Shown here in pieces: positions 38,845 to 48,469 of a stretch of 63,544 nucleotides of DNA (position 1 is its first letter; each line of letters starts with the position of its first letter). The position numbers and the translations under genes were made by a program. The DNA lies in the NCBI GenBank assembly GCA_947246355.1, contig CAMXQX010000001.1, forward strand, positions 1 through 63,544, in the 5' to 3' direction. Under the pieces are notes generated by a model. It saw only the letters and a program-made list of their open reading frames with translations, was not told where the DNA came from and ran no database searches. This DNA is from an uncultured Bacillota bacterium. GTDB lineage: Bacteria; Bacillota_I; Bacilli_A; RF39; UBA660.

Positions 38845-41214
38845 TTATTTGTCTCGTAGCTTGGCCTTACAAATTTCTTCTACTTGGCTAATCACAGTTT
38901 TAAATACTTCATTCACTTCTTCATCGGTCAGCGTACGATTAATATCTGTAAATGTTAAAGAATAAGCAAGCGATTTTTCATCTTCTTTCACATTTTCCCC
39001 TGTATATACATCAAATACTTCGATTTCTTTCAATAACTTACCACCTGTTTTTTTAATAACCGCTTCTATTTCTTTAGACGTTACCTCTTTTTTCACAATA
39101 AATGCTAAATCCTTTTTGATTTCTGGATACTTAGGAATATCCTTGTAACGCATTCTTGTCCCTCTATTTTCAAGCAGTTTATCCAAACTGATCTCAAAAG
39201 CAAAAGCATCTTTGGAAACAATACTTGGATGGATTTTTCCAACAACACCGATCCTTTTTCCTTGTAAGACAATCGAAGCAGATTGTCCTGGATGAAACTC
39301 CTTTGGAATATTTGTATCGACTTCCAACGTATAACGATTTTGGTATCCTAAATAATCGAGTAATTCTTCTAAAACGCCCTTTATAATATAAAAGTCTACT
39401 TTTGTCTTTTGAATATCTAAATAATAGTCTCCTGTCATGAAAACAGCCAATTTATTTTCTTCTTTATAGACGCCCTCTTCCTTATAAAATCCTTTTCCTA
39501 CCTCAAAAATACAAATATCCTCTTGGCTACGAGCCTTATTATAAAGATATATTTCTTTTAGAGAATAAAGAAGGCTATAGCGAAGTGTATTTTTATCTTC
39601 ACTCATAGGATCTGCTAAAGAAATAGGTGTAAAGGTATCTGTCGTAAAAGAAGTGACTTCCCCTTTTGGAATCAAAGAATAACTTAATGTTTCACTTAGT
39701 CCTAAAGTAACTAACTTATTTTTAATTTCTCTTCTTGTTTTGTTATAACTTCCCGTAACTACATTTAAAAGAGGCAGTTTTCCTTTAATTTGATCCATAC
39801 CATACATTCTACCTACTTCTTCAATCAAATCTTCTTCCATATGAATATCCATTCGTCGTGTTGGAACGGTTACTTTTAATGTTTCTCCTTGCTCTACGAT
39901 AAAACCTAAGTCTTCCAAAATTCCTACTACTGTATCTTGCTCTAAGGAAATACCTAAAACTTTTTTTATTTTTTCTAAAGAAATATCAATAATCGTATCT
40001 TGTATAGATAAAGTAGTATATTCTACCATCCCACCAACAATTTCGGCATCTGCATATTTTTCTAAAAGCGCACAACTGCGTTCTATTGCCATATAAGTTC
40101 TTTTTGGATCAATTCCTTTTTCAAAACGAGTAGAGGCTTCACTACGAAGAATTTTTTTACTCGTTTTTCGAACACGAATACTATCAAAAATAGCAGACTC
40201 GATGATAATATCTTTGGTATCTTCTTCTACTTCCGTAGAAAGTCCACCCATCACACCAGCGAGTCCTATTGCCCCTTCTTGGTTGGCAATTACAATATCT
40301 TCTTTCGCTAATGTACGCCTTTGCCCATCCAAAGTGATAAGCTCTTCCTCTTCTTTGGCATCTCTTACAATCAACGTATCTCCTAAACGAGACGCATCAT
40401 AAAAATGAAGAGGTTGCCCTGTTTCTAACATTACATAGTTCGAAATATCCACTACATTGTTAATAGGACGAATACCAGAGGCAATAAGTCGATTTTTAAT
40501 AAAATTAGGACTTTCTTTTATTGTTACATTTTTTACTTTTTTAGCCAAGAACAAAGGGCAAGCATCTGTTTTCACTTCTACTTTAAATGTATCATGGATA
40601 TCTTCTCTATTTTGTGTATAAGATACGTCTATATCTTTGACTTTCTTTTTGTAAATAGCACCAAGTTCATAAGCCATACCAAGTATACTTAATAAATCTC
40701 CTCGATTAGCTGTAAGTTCAAAATCAATCACTTCATCATCGAGACCTAAAAGAGCAATGGGGTCACTTCCAACCACCGCATCATTTGGTAATTCATGAAT
40801 ACCTGCCTTATCTTTTTCTTCTAAAAATTTATGATCAAGTCCAAGTTCGCATTTCGCACAAAGCATTCCATTGGATTCGACACCTCGAATACTCCCTTTT
40901 TTGATTTCTCCTGCTGGAAGTTGAGCTCCTGCTAAGGCTACAATCACTTTTAAACCTTGCCTGCAATTGGGCGCTCCACAAACAATATTTAGAATTTCAC
41001 TTCCAATATCCACTTTACAAACATGTAAATGGTCAGAATTAGGATGATCCCTACACTCTAAAATTTCTCCCACCACCAAATGCGTACAAGGAAGCAAGGA
41101 AGAAGCGGATTCGTATTCATTTCCAACCGCTGTCATCGCCTCTGCGATATCTTTTATGGATAAGTTGTTATCTATTTCAATATAATCACTAACAAATTTT
41201 CTACTTAACTTCAT
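38845..41214 (-). CDS. pheT: Phenylalanine--tRNA ligase beta subunit
   Basis: Start at the ATG at 41214 (MKLSRKFVSDYIEID) with an AGGAGGAG RBS. tRNA-binding, B3/4, B5 and FDX-ACB domains are recognisable. Confidence 0.94.
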   Translation of the reverse strand: MKLSRKFVSDYIEIDNNLSIKDIAEAMTAVGNEYESASSLLPCTHLVVGEILECRDHPNSDHLHVCKVDIGSEILNIVCGAPNCRQGLKVIVALAGAQLPAGEIKKGSIRGVESNGMLCAKCELGLDHKFLEEKDKAGIHELPNDAVVGSDPIALLGLDDEVIDFELTANRGDLLSILGMAYELGAIYKKKVKDIDVSYTQNREDIHDTFKVEVKTDACPLFLAKKVKNVTIKESPNFIKNRLIASGIRPINNVVDISNYVMLETGQPLHFYDASRLGDTLIVRDAKEEEELITLDGQRRTLAKEDIVIANQEGAIGLAGVMGGLSTEVEEDTKDIIIESAIFDSIRVRKTSKKILRSEASTRFEKGIDPKRTYMAIERSCALLEKYADAEIVGGMVEYTTLSIQDTIIDISLEKIKKVLGISLEQDTVVGILEDLGFIVEQGETLKVTVPTRRMDIHMEEDLIEEVGRMYGMDQIKGKLPLLNVVTGSYNKTRREIKNKLVTLGLSETLSYSLIPKGEVTSFTTDTFTPISLADPMSEDKNTLRYSLLYSLKEIYLYNKARSQEDICIFEVGKGFYKEEGVYKEENKLAVFMTGDYYLDIQKTKVDFYIIKGVLEELLDYLGYQNRYTLEVDTNIPKEFHPGQSASIVLQGKRIGVVGKIHPSIVSKDAFAFEISLDKLLENRGTRMRYKDIPKYPEIKKDLAFIVKKEVTSKEIEAVIKKTGGKLLKEIEVFDVYTGENVKEDEKSLAYSLTFTDINRTLTDEEVNEVFKTVISQVEEICKAKLRDK

Positions 41215-42262
41215 TTTGCTCCTCCTTTCGATCAAATTGTTTTAAAAAACGAATATCATTTCCATAAATGGTCCTTATATCAGGAATGCCATATTCAAAC
41301 ATTGCAAAACGGTCAATGCCAGTACCAAAAGCAAAACCTTGGTATTTTTTAGGATCATACCCACACATCGTGAGTACATTGGGATGCACCATACCCGCTC
41401 CAAGTACTTCAATCCAACCTGTTTGTTTACATAAAGAACATCCTTTCCCACCACATTTGAAACAAGTCACATCCACTTCTACAGATGGTTCTGTAAATGG
41501 GAAAAAACTTGGTCGAAAACGAACTTCTGTTTTTTCTCCTAAGATGGTTTTGCAAAATAATTCAAGTGTTCCCTTTAAATCCGCCATGGATACATTTTCA
41601 TCAATCACAAGACCCTCTACTTGCATAAATTGATGAGAGTGTGTAGCATCTTCATCTCTTCTATATACTTTTCCAGGACAAATAATACGAATAGGTCCTT
41701 TTTCATGGTTTTCTTCCATTGCCCTTACTTGCGCAGTAGAAGTCTGTGTTCTTAAAAGGAAATTTTCATACTCGTTTTCTAAGTAAAACGTATCTTGCGC
41801 ATCGCGAGCAGGATGTCCTTTTGGTAAATTTAATTTTTGGAAACAATTTTCATCGCTTTCTATTTCTGGTCCTTCATAAACAGTATATCCCATGGAAACA
41901 AATAAATCTTCAAATTGTTCTATCATTCTAGTCATTGGGTGCTTACTGCCTCTTCTTACTTTCTTACTAGGAAGAGTAATATCAATTTTTTCACTTTCCA
42001 ATTTTTTATTTAAAAGCCTCTCTTCGATTTCTTTTCTTTTTTCTTCTACTAAAGAAGTTGCTTCTTCTTTTAATTCATTTAAGATTTTTCCAAATTCTTT
42101 TTTGGCATCTAAACTCATTTCTTTTAAATTACTAGAAAGCTCTGTAATTTTTCCTTTTTTTCCTAAATACTCTACTTTGAGTTCATTTAAAGAATGCATC
42201 TCTGTAATTTGTGAGATAGCTTCCTTTAACTCTTTTTTTAATTGTTCTTTTTTCTCGTTCAT
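41201..42262 (-). CDS. pheS: Phenylalanine--tRNA ligase alpha subunit
   Basis: 353 aa with class II motifs (HPARDAQDTFY, FRPSFFPFTEPS, GAGMVHPNVL). Confidence 0.94.
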   Translation of the reverse strand: MNEKKEQLKKELKEAISQITEMHSLNELKVEYLGKKGKITELSSNLKEMSLDAKKEFGKILNELKEEATSLVEEKRKEIEERLLNKKLESEKIDITLPSKKVRRGSKHPMTRMIEQFEDLFVSMGYTVYEGPEIESDENCFQKLNLPKGHPARDAQDTFYLENEYENFLLRTQTSTAQVRAMEENHEKGPIRIICPGKVYRRDEDATHSHQFMQVEGLVIDENVSMADLKGTLELFCKTILGEKTEVRFRPSFFPFTEPSVEVDVTCFKCGGKGCSLCKQTGWIEVLGAGMVHPNVLTMCGYDPKKYQGFAFGTGIDRFAMFEYGIPDIRTIYGNDIRFLKQFDRKEEQNEVK

Positions 42263-42275
42263 CGTTTTTCCTCCT

Positions 42276-42986
42276 TTATATGTGTTCTTTTTGGTTTAAT
42301 TTAAAACGAATGCCACCCAAAATATATAAATAAATATATTTAGAAATGGCCTCTTTTTTTCTACTTTTAAAAACTTGATGTCTCACATCGGTTAGAATAG
42401 TAAATTGCTTTTCTCCCTTTATTTTTGCATATACCTCTATACTAGAAGATATGGGTACAACTTGATCCATTGTTCCATGGAGTAATAAAACAGGGCACTC
42501 GATTTGTTCTAAAGAAGCTTGCGCTAAAAGTGCCACTTTTCGAACCTCTCTTACATCCTTAAAAGGAACTGTGAATAATTTTTGAAGTACACCTTCAAAT
42601 CCAGTACCAAATGGATGATCTTTTCGTAAAAAGAGCGCTTTGAGGTCTTCTCTATTTTGAACTGGACTTCCTACAGTAAATGCAGGTGCAATCAAAATAA
42701 GCTTTTCTATTTCTTTATATTTAGAAGCTAGAATAGCAGCAATAGCCCCTCCCATACTATGTCCAACTAAAATAATTTGTTTTTTATCTTTTTTTATCCT
42801 GCATAATTCTTCTTCTGCCTTTTCTAGCCATTTATCATAAGTGATTTTTGCCACACCATGTTCTGTATGACCCGGTAAAGTAAATGTTTTCAAACGAATA
42901 CCTTTTTTCTTTTCTAAATAATCGAATAAATAAGCATTGTCTTCTTTCTTTGCCGAAAATCCATGAATAAAAAATACTGTTCTCAT
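42276..42986 (-). CDS. Alpha/beta hydrolase (esterase/lipase-like serine hydrolase)
   Basis: 236 aa with the nucleophile elbow GHSMGG and a C-terminal ...D...H pattern. It is the first gene behind the T-box leader, and its stop lies 13 nt from the pheS start. Confidence 0.8.
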   Translation of the reverse strand: MRTVFFIHGFSAKKEDNAYLFDYLEKKKGIRLKTFTLPGHTEHGVAKITYDKWLEKAEEELCRIKKDKKQIILVGHSMGGAIAAILASKYKEIEKLILIAPAFTVGSPVQNREDLKALFLRKDHPFGTGFEGVLQKLFTVPFKDVREVRKVALLAQASLEQIECPVLLLHGTMDQVVPISSSIEVYAKIKGEKQFTILTDVRHQVFKSRKKEAISKYIYLYILGGIRFKLNQKEHI

Positions 42987-42999
42987 ACATCCACCTCAC

Positions 43000-43215
43000 A
43001 AAAAAACACCTCCTCTATAAGGACGTGTCTACACGCGGTACCACCTTATTTTGTAATTACTTACACACTCAAAGATTATAACGCATCACCGTTTTACAAG
43101 CTAGGAGGTGAATTCATAAAATCATGTTTAGCCTTATCTCTCACCAATCAATAAGTTCTCTTTCTAAACAAACATTCATTACTATTTCTCCATCATGGCC
43201 TTTCACTTATATATT
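43000..43215 (-). promoter_or_regulatory. T-box riboswitch leader with candidate Phe (UUC) specifier and intrinsic terminator
   Basis: Minus-strand RNA contains the T-box motif AAUAAGGUGGUACCGCG (43034..43047). Antiterminator helices are AUAAGG/CCUUAU and GCGUG/CACGU around a UGGUACC bulge. The competing terminator is ACACGUCCU-UAUAG-AGGAGGUGU + U7 (43000..43028). Stem I carries AGAGA elements. Candidate specifier is GAA-UUC-A at 43110..43112. Confidence 0.85.
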
Positions 43216-43232
43216 TAGCATACCATATATAT

Positions 43233-43259
43233 AAAAAAAAAGAAAGTTTTTTCTTTCTT
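43233..43259 (-). terminator. Rho-independent terminator ending the mraZ...pilin-like operon
   Basis: Minus-strand RNA AAGAAAG-AAAAAA-CUUUCUU followed by a U run. The stem overlaps the TAA stop. Confidence 0.6.
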
Positions 43260-44484
43260 AATCTTCATACAATTTTAAAATATAAGGATTGGCGGCCGAT
43301 CCAAGCGCCTTAACCGTTGTCTCATCCATAGAAGAATCTAGAACCAAATCAATTGGCAAGTAAATAACAGGGTAAACATAGAGCTCACTTATAAGACTGG
43401 CTTGGCTTAACCCTGTTGAAGTAACAGACCAAACCTTTTTTGGTTCATTTTTGACCGTATTCCTTAAAAAATATCCTACCTCCGTTTGCCCCTCTGCAGC
43501 CGTTACAACAAAGTTGGTTAGCCAATTCGTCATAGCACATTGTTCATTAAAGGCTGTAGTCCTACAAGAGGAAGGCAAGGACGCATTCATATAATCACTT
43601 AAAGATAACAAAGAAACTTTGGAAGTATAGTTCTTTTCTTTTTCTTCTTGTATAACTGAACCAATAGTCTTTGAAGATGCAGATACTTCTCCTAGCAACC
43701 AATTAGCAGAAGCAAGGCTCTCCTTCATAGAAGTAGGAAGTCCATTGTAAACAGTCTCTTGCAAATATTTGTTCATTTTTAAAGAAGGGGTATGCAATAA
43801 ATAATCGGTTGTCTCGTTACTATCTGCCCATTTTGATTTTACTTTTCTCGTTCTTACCAATTTGGCTACTCGATTGGTCGTATCAATGCTTACAATGTTC
43901 CAAATCTCCGCATTTCCAGGAGATAATAATAATTTTATATAGTTGTTTGGATTGTTTCCGCGATAATAATAAATTCTTTTTTCTTGACTACTCAAATCCA
44001 TATCCACTGCATCACGAACTGTTGTCAAATAAAGACCATCATTTGAGGAATCCATTGTATAAATATTTTCCTTCTTTAAAATATAGTTTTCGATCGTCAA
44101 AGTTGTTTTTTCAGCCTCGACAACATCCATCTCTAAGTAGGAAAACACATAATTATTATTTTGATACGTTACACGGATAACCCCAGACATCGTGTTGCCG
44201 TTGAGAGGATTTTTTATCTCTTCCTTTTCTAGATAATCATTTTCTTGCAAATAAGAAAGCGTAATAAATATATCTTTGTTCATTGCATCTTTTCGTAATT
44301 GCTTTCCCTCATCACTTAATAAATAATCCTTAGCTGCTTTTTCAATACTACTGACTTGTACTTTGTATAAATCTTCTTTAGAAGTATCAATATGTTTGGA
44401 TACGACCGGTAAAATCACAAGTGATATCACTGCAATAATCACAAGCACCGCTAAAAGTTCTACAAGCGTAAATCCTTTTTTCAT
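43258..44484 (-). CDS. Prepilin-type N-terminal cleavage/methylation domain protein (large pseudopilin-like protein)
   Basis: 408 aa. N-terminus MKKGFTLVELLAVLVIIAVISLV is a class III signal (G|FTLVE, with Glu at +5). Large non-repetitive C-terminal domain. Starts 4 nt after the PBP stop. Confidence 0.8.
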   Translation of the reverse strand: MKKGFTLVELLAVLVIIAVISLVILPVVSKHIDTSKEDLYKVQVSSIEKAAKDYLLSDEGKQLRKDAMNKDIFITLSYLQENDYLEKEEIKNPLNGNTMSGVIRVTYQNNNYVFSYLEMDVVEAEKTTLTIENYILKKENIYTMDSSNDGLYLTTVRDAVDMDLSSQEKRIYYYRGNNPNNYIKLLLSPGNAEIWNIVSIDTTNRVAKLVRTRKVKSKWADSNETTDYLLHTPSLKMNKYLQETVYNGLPTSMKESLASANWLLGEVSASSKTIGSVIQEEKEKNYTSKVSLLSLSDYMNASLPSSCRTTAFNEQCAMTNWLTNFVVTAAEGQTEVGYFLRNTVKNEPKKVWSVTSTGLSQASLISELYVYPVIYLPIDLVLDSSMDETTVKALGSAANPYILKLYED

Positions 44485-44487
44485 ATT

Positions 44488-46656
44488 CTATTCCTCCTTC
44501 TTTCCATAAATGACTTTTAAGGACATTCCCTCTTCGATAGGAGCTCCTTCTTCAATACTAAACGACTGTACATACCCATCCCCCTCTTCTTCTAAAGCAA
44601 GATGTAGCATGGCGGTCAAAGCTTGTACATCCCGTTTACTCCAAGAAGAAATATTGGGCATTTTTATATTTTTTCCATTCGTAAGCAACAAGAGTTTGTC
44701 CCTTTCTACAAGTGTAATTCCCTCTTGTGGGTATTGCTGTATGACTTGGCTTCCTTCTCCTAAAGAAACAAGCGTAAATTGGTAGCTTTCTAAATTTCGA
44801 AGGGCTTCCTCGATAGACAATCCAACATAAGATTTTAAAGATAAGGCTTTCACCTGTTCTACTTCCTTTTTTTCTTCATAAATATTTTTATACTTTGCAA
44901 TATTTTTAACAAGATTTTTTACAGCATTGGACAGCCCTGTATACTTTCCATATTTTGGCTGCTTCATCGCACCATAAATAATAATTTTTGGGTTTTCTTT
45001 TGGATACAAAATTAAACTGGAAAAGATATAGTTGTTATCTCCCTTTAAATAACCTTTTCCTGGTTCATAAATCTGTGCAGTTCCTGTCTTTCCAATCAAA
45101 TCAAAATTTTCGATACTATATGCTTTCCCTGCCGTTCCACTATCTGTACCATTGATTGTATTATACATCAACTCTTTTATTTTTTCAATGCTCGATTTCT
45201 TTACCAGTTGTTCTGACTTTTCTATTTTTCTCTCTTCCAAGACTTCTCCTGTATTGGGATTTACAATTTTGCTTACAATATGAGGTGTTAGAAGATAGCC
45301 GTTATTGGCTAAAAGCGTGGCTGCTTTTAACTGTTGTATTACTGTTGTTCGAATTCCCTGCCCAAATCCTGCTGTCATTACTTCTACTTCATAGTTAAAA
45401 TTTATTTTCCCTTCTTTTTCATGAGCCAGTTCGATACCTGTTTTCGCGCCAAATCCATATCTTTTCAAACAATTTTTTAACTCTTCTTTCGACAAATACT
45501 CCTTAATGAGGGCTACAACACCAACGTTAGAAGAATATTCAAAGCCCTTATCCAAGGTAATTCTTCCCCATCCTCTTTCGTTCCAGTCATTGATGGTATC
45601 CTCTCCGATTGCAACATGTCCAGAATCATACAAAAAATTTCCATCATAGTTTCCTTTTTCTAAAGCGCATAAATAAGAATAAATTTTCATCGTGGAACCA
45701 GGTTCATAAGAAGTAGTTACAAAAGGATTTTCGTAAGAGACCACATCCCTTAAATTGGGATCAAAAGAAGGACTCGAAGAAGCACCTAAAATATCCCCCG
45801 TTTTCGCATCCATAACTGCTAAAACAGAGAAATTTGGTTCATAAGTAGAGGCAATATCCTCTATCTCTGTTTCAATAAATCGTTGAATACTGGCATCAAC
45901 AGTTAGGTAGATATCATAGCCATTTAAAGCCTTATCGTTAATTTCCTTGGTTCCAGCAATTTTATATCCATAGCGATCCTGCTGGTATTCTACATAGCCA
46001 TCTTGTCCTTTCAAAATAGAATCATATGCCGCTTCTATCCCCATCTCCCCAACGATTTCATTGGTCACTTCCCCCTCTTTTTCCACCCCTGTTGTTTTTG
46101 CATATCCAACGATATAAGAGGCAAATTTTCCATTGGGATAGTATCGCTTTGAACTTTCAATAAAGGAAATTCCTGGTAAATTTAAAAGTAAAATTTCATC
46201 TTTTTTCAACTCTGTAATTCCTCTTCCGATGCTTCCAAATTCGACTTGGTATTTTTTATTTTTCACTCCATTTTCTAAAATATCTTTTATTTTTCCTTGA
46301 TCTGCTTCCAAAACCTCTGCCAATTTTAGAGCTGTATTTTCTATATCGACAACGTGTTTAGGTGTTTTAGAATCCTTACTTCTTCCTTCGTCCAAATAGG
46401 CAATTAAAGTATAGGAAGCAACATTCATTGCAAGAGAATTGCCCGATGCATCAAAAATATTTCCACGAGATGCTTGTATAGTTCTATGAACTGTATTTCT
46501 TGTACTAGCAAAAGCGGATACATTTTTACCATAAACCGTAGAAGACAAAGAAAGATATGCAAATTTAGCATATAACAAAAAAAGACAAAAAGAAAAGATA
46601 TAAAATGTTTTTTGTGGTACCATCCAAATCTTTTTTTTCTTCTCTTTTCTGTTCAT
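44488..46656 (-). CDS. Class B penicillin-binding protein (PBP2B/SpoVD-like) with C-terminal PASTA repeats
   Basis: 722 aa. TM anchor, dimerisation domain, transpeptidase motifs STMK, SSN and KTGTA, and two PASTA-like units at the C-terminus. Confidence 0.9.
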   Translation of the reverse strand: MNRKEKKKKIWMVPQKTFYIFSFCLFLLYAKFAYLSLSSTVYGKNVSAFASTRNTVHRTIQASRGNIFDASGNSLAMNVASYTLIAYLDEGRSKDSKTPKHVVDIENTALKLAEVLEADQGKIKDILENGVKNKKYQVEFGSIGRGITELKKDEILLLNLPGISFIESSKRYYPNGKFASYIVGYAKTTGVEKEGEVTNEIVGEMGIEAAYDSILKGQDGYVEYQQDRYGYKIAGTKEINDKALNGYDIYLTVDASIQRFIETEIEDIASTYEPNFSVLAVMDAKTGDILGASSSPSFDPNLRDVVSYENPFVTTSYEPGSTMKIYSYLCALEKGNYDGNFLYDSGHVAIGEDTINDWNERGWGRITLDKGFEYSSNVGVVALIKEYLSKEELKNCLKRYGFGAKTGIELAHEKEGKINFNYEVEVMTAGFGQGIRTTVIQQLKAATLLANNGYLLTPHIVSKIVNPNTGEVLEERKIEKSEQLVKKSSIEKIKELMYNTINGTDSGTAGKAYSIENFDLIGKTGTAQIYEPGKGYLKGDNNYIFSSLILYPKENPKIIIYGAMKQPKYGKYTGLSNAVKNLVKNIAKYKNIYEEKKEVEQVKALSLKSYVGLSIEEALRNLESYQFTLVSLGEGSQVIQQYPQEGITLVERDKLLLLTNGKNIKMPNISSWSKRDVQALTAMLHLALEEEGDGYVQSFSIEEGAPIEEGMSLKVIYGKKEE

Positions 46657-46670
46657 TTCCCCACCTCTAG

Positions 46671-46961
46671 TTATTCGTTAATAATAATAACATTGTCATT
46701 ATTATACGCCAAACCCATATTGCTGACAACATCTTTGACTTTATCAAAAGAAGTAAGCTCGTTTACTTTCATTACCAAACTCTCATTCTTTTTCTCTTGT
46801 ACGTCGATCTCATAGCGAATTTTTTCAACACTCATACTTAAATTAGAAACAGAAGCTCCACAAAAAATCTTTACTACAAAAGTAGAAATAAAGCATAAAA
46901 ACATTAAGAAATACAAGCATACTTCTCCCTTGGTTACTACTTTTTTACGTCTTTTACGCAT
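46671..46961 (-). CDS. ftsL: Cell division protein FtsL
   Basis: 96-aa bitopic protein between rsmH and the PBP gene, with a TM helix and a short coiled coil. Confidence 0.75.
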   Translation of the reverse strand: MRKRRKKVVTKGEVCLYFLMFLCFISTFVVKIFCGASVSNLSMSVEKIRYEIDVQEKKNESLVMKVNELTSFDKVKDVVSNMGLAYNNDNVIIINE

Positions 46962-47889
46962 AGAAATTCCCCTCTCTAACTTTTTGTATCACACGAAGCT
47001 TCGCACTTCTTGCTCGTGGATTTTTTTCTATTTCTTCTTTCCTAGGTTTTAGTGTTTTCACTATTTCATAATCTTTTACATATTCTTTTGGAATGACAGG
47101 TAAATTTTTTAAATTTTTATCATACTCACTTGCTTCTTTATAAATGGCTTTACAAATTCGATCTTCTAAAGAATGAAAGGTAATCACACAAATTCTTCCA
47201 TCAACATTTAAAAGTTCTAAAGCCTCTTTTAATGATTTTTCAAACACTTCTAACTCATGGTTGACTTCAATACGAATCGCCTGAAATACTTTGCGAGCAG
47301 GATGTTTTTCCCTAGTGTATTTAAAAGGCACTGCCTCTTTGATTATGGAAACAAGTTCTAATGTCGTATTGATTTCCTTTTTTTCTCTTTTCTCTACTAT
47401 TTTTTTAGCAATACTTCTAGCATATTTTTCTTCTCCATACTCTGAAAAAATGCGCGTAAGTTCTTCCATTGTATAGGTATTCACAACTGTATGGGCTGTC
47501 AAAGTGGCCTCTTTATCCATCCGCATATCCAATATAGCGTCTTGACGAAAGGAAAATCCCCGCTCCTTTTGATCTAATTGAGGACTCGATACTCCCAAAT
47601 CGTATAAAATGGCATCCACTTTTTCTACATTTCTTTTTTTCAATTCCTCTTTCATGTTTACAAAATTGCTAGAAATAATTTCAAAATTAGAACCAATTTC
47701 TGCCAAACGCTTTCTACTATAGAAAATCGCATCGGCATCTTGATCAAAGCAATATAGTTTTCCTCTTGGAATTTGCTTTAAAATGGCACTAGAATGTCCT
47801 CCATAACCAAGGGTACAATCTACGACAATCGCATCTTCTTTTACATTTAAACTTTCTATTGTCTCCTTTAATAAAACACTCTCATGCAT
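46954..47889 (-). CDS. rsmH: 16S rRNA (cytosine1402-N4)-methyltransferase RsmH
   Basis: 311 aa: HESVLLKETIE, DCTLGYGGHS, FHSLEDR. Confidence 0.94.
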   Translation of the reverse strand: MHESVLLKETIESLNVKEDAIVVDCTLGYGGHSSAILKQIPRGKLYCFDQDADAIFYSRKRLAEIGSNFEIISSNFVNMKEELKKRNVEKVDAILYDLGVSSPQLDQKERGFSFRQDAILDMRMDKEATLTAHTVVNTYTMEELTRIFSEYGEEKYARSIAKKIVEKREKKEINTTLELVSIIKEAVPFKYTREKHPARKVFQAIRIEVNHELEVFEKSLKEALELLNVDGRICVITFHSLEDRICKAIYKEASEYDKNLKNLPVIPKEYVKDYEIVKTLKPRKEEIEKNPRARSAKLRVIQKVREGNFYA

Positions 47890-47891
47890 AC

Positions 47892-48323
47892 CTACACCAT
47901 ATTCGTTTGGAAGAGTTTATCTGCAATAATAGAAAAATTTTCTTTACTGGTCTTTAGATAATTCTCCCAAATCTCCTTACTCCAAATTTCAAGTCTTTCA
48001 TTCACTCCAATAATGACGACATCCTTATTTAAAGATGCCCATGCAATCAGCGGTAAATTAACATTCACCCGTCCCTGCTTATCCATATTAGCTTCGCTAG
48101 CACATGACAAAAAAGCTCTTAAAAAGATACGTGTTTCTTGGGTATTGGGTAGCTCTCTATATTTTGAAATAATAGTGTCCCATTCCTTTTTGGGATAAAC
48201 AAAGATACATCCATCCAGTCCTCTTGTAATGATAAAATTCTCTCCTAAGTCACTGCGCATTTTTACAGGAATTGTTATACGCCCCTTTTCATCCAATCTT
48301 TGATGAAATTCCCCCATGAACAT
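47892..48323 (-). CDS. mraZ: Transcriptional regulator MraZ
   Basis: Start at the ATG at 48323 (MFMGEFHQRLDEKGRITIP). Duplicated SpoVT-AbrB-like halves; the second is DKQGRVNVN. Confidence 0.92.
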   Translation of the reverse strand: MFMGEFHQRLDEKGRITIPVKMRSDLGENFIITRGLDGCIFVYPKKEWDTIISKYRELPNTQETRIFLRAFLSCASEANMDKQGRVNVNLPLIAWASLNKDVVIIGVNERLEIWSKEIWENYLKTSKENFSIIADKLFQTNMV

Positions 48324-48333
48324 GCATTTCACC

Positions 48334-48367
48334 CCACTTTTTGCCACTTTCAACCACCATGTACCAC
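48334..48367 (-). promoter_or_regulatory. Candidate MraZ operator: four GTGG boxes at exact 10-bp phasing
   Basis: Minus strand reads aGTGGtacat gGTGGttgaa aGTGGcaaaa aGTGGggtga. The CCAC boxes on the plus strand start at 48334, 48344, 48354 and 48364, between the -10 hexamer and the mraZ start. Confidence 0.65.
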
Positions 48368-48368
48368 T

Positions 48369-48397
48369 ATTATAACCTTTTTTGCTTACTCTGTAAA
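48369..48397 (-). promoter_or_regulatory. mraZ (dcw) promoter
   Basis: Minus strand reads TTTACA-17 nt-TATAAT. Confidence 0.7.
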
Positions 48398-48429
48398 GTT
48401 TTTTTCTTTGCCTTTTGGGAAGTTTACAT

Positions 48430-48455
48430 AAAAAAAGATAGACAAAAATCTATCC
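48430..48455 (-). terminator. Terminator after the 126-aa gene
   Basis: Minus-strand RNA GAUAGA-UUUUUG-UCUAUC followed by U7. Confidence 0.6.
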
Positions 48456-48469
48456 ATTCCAACATAAAA

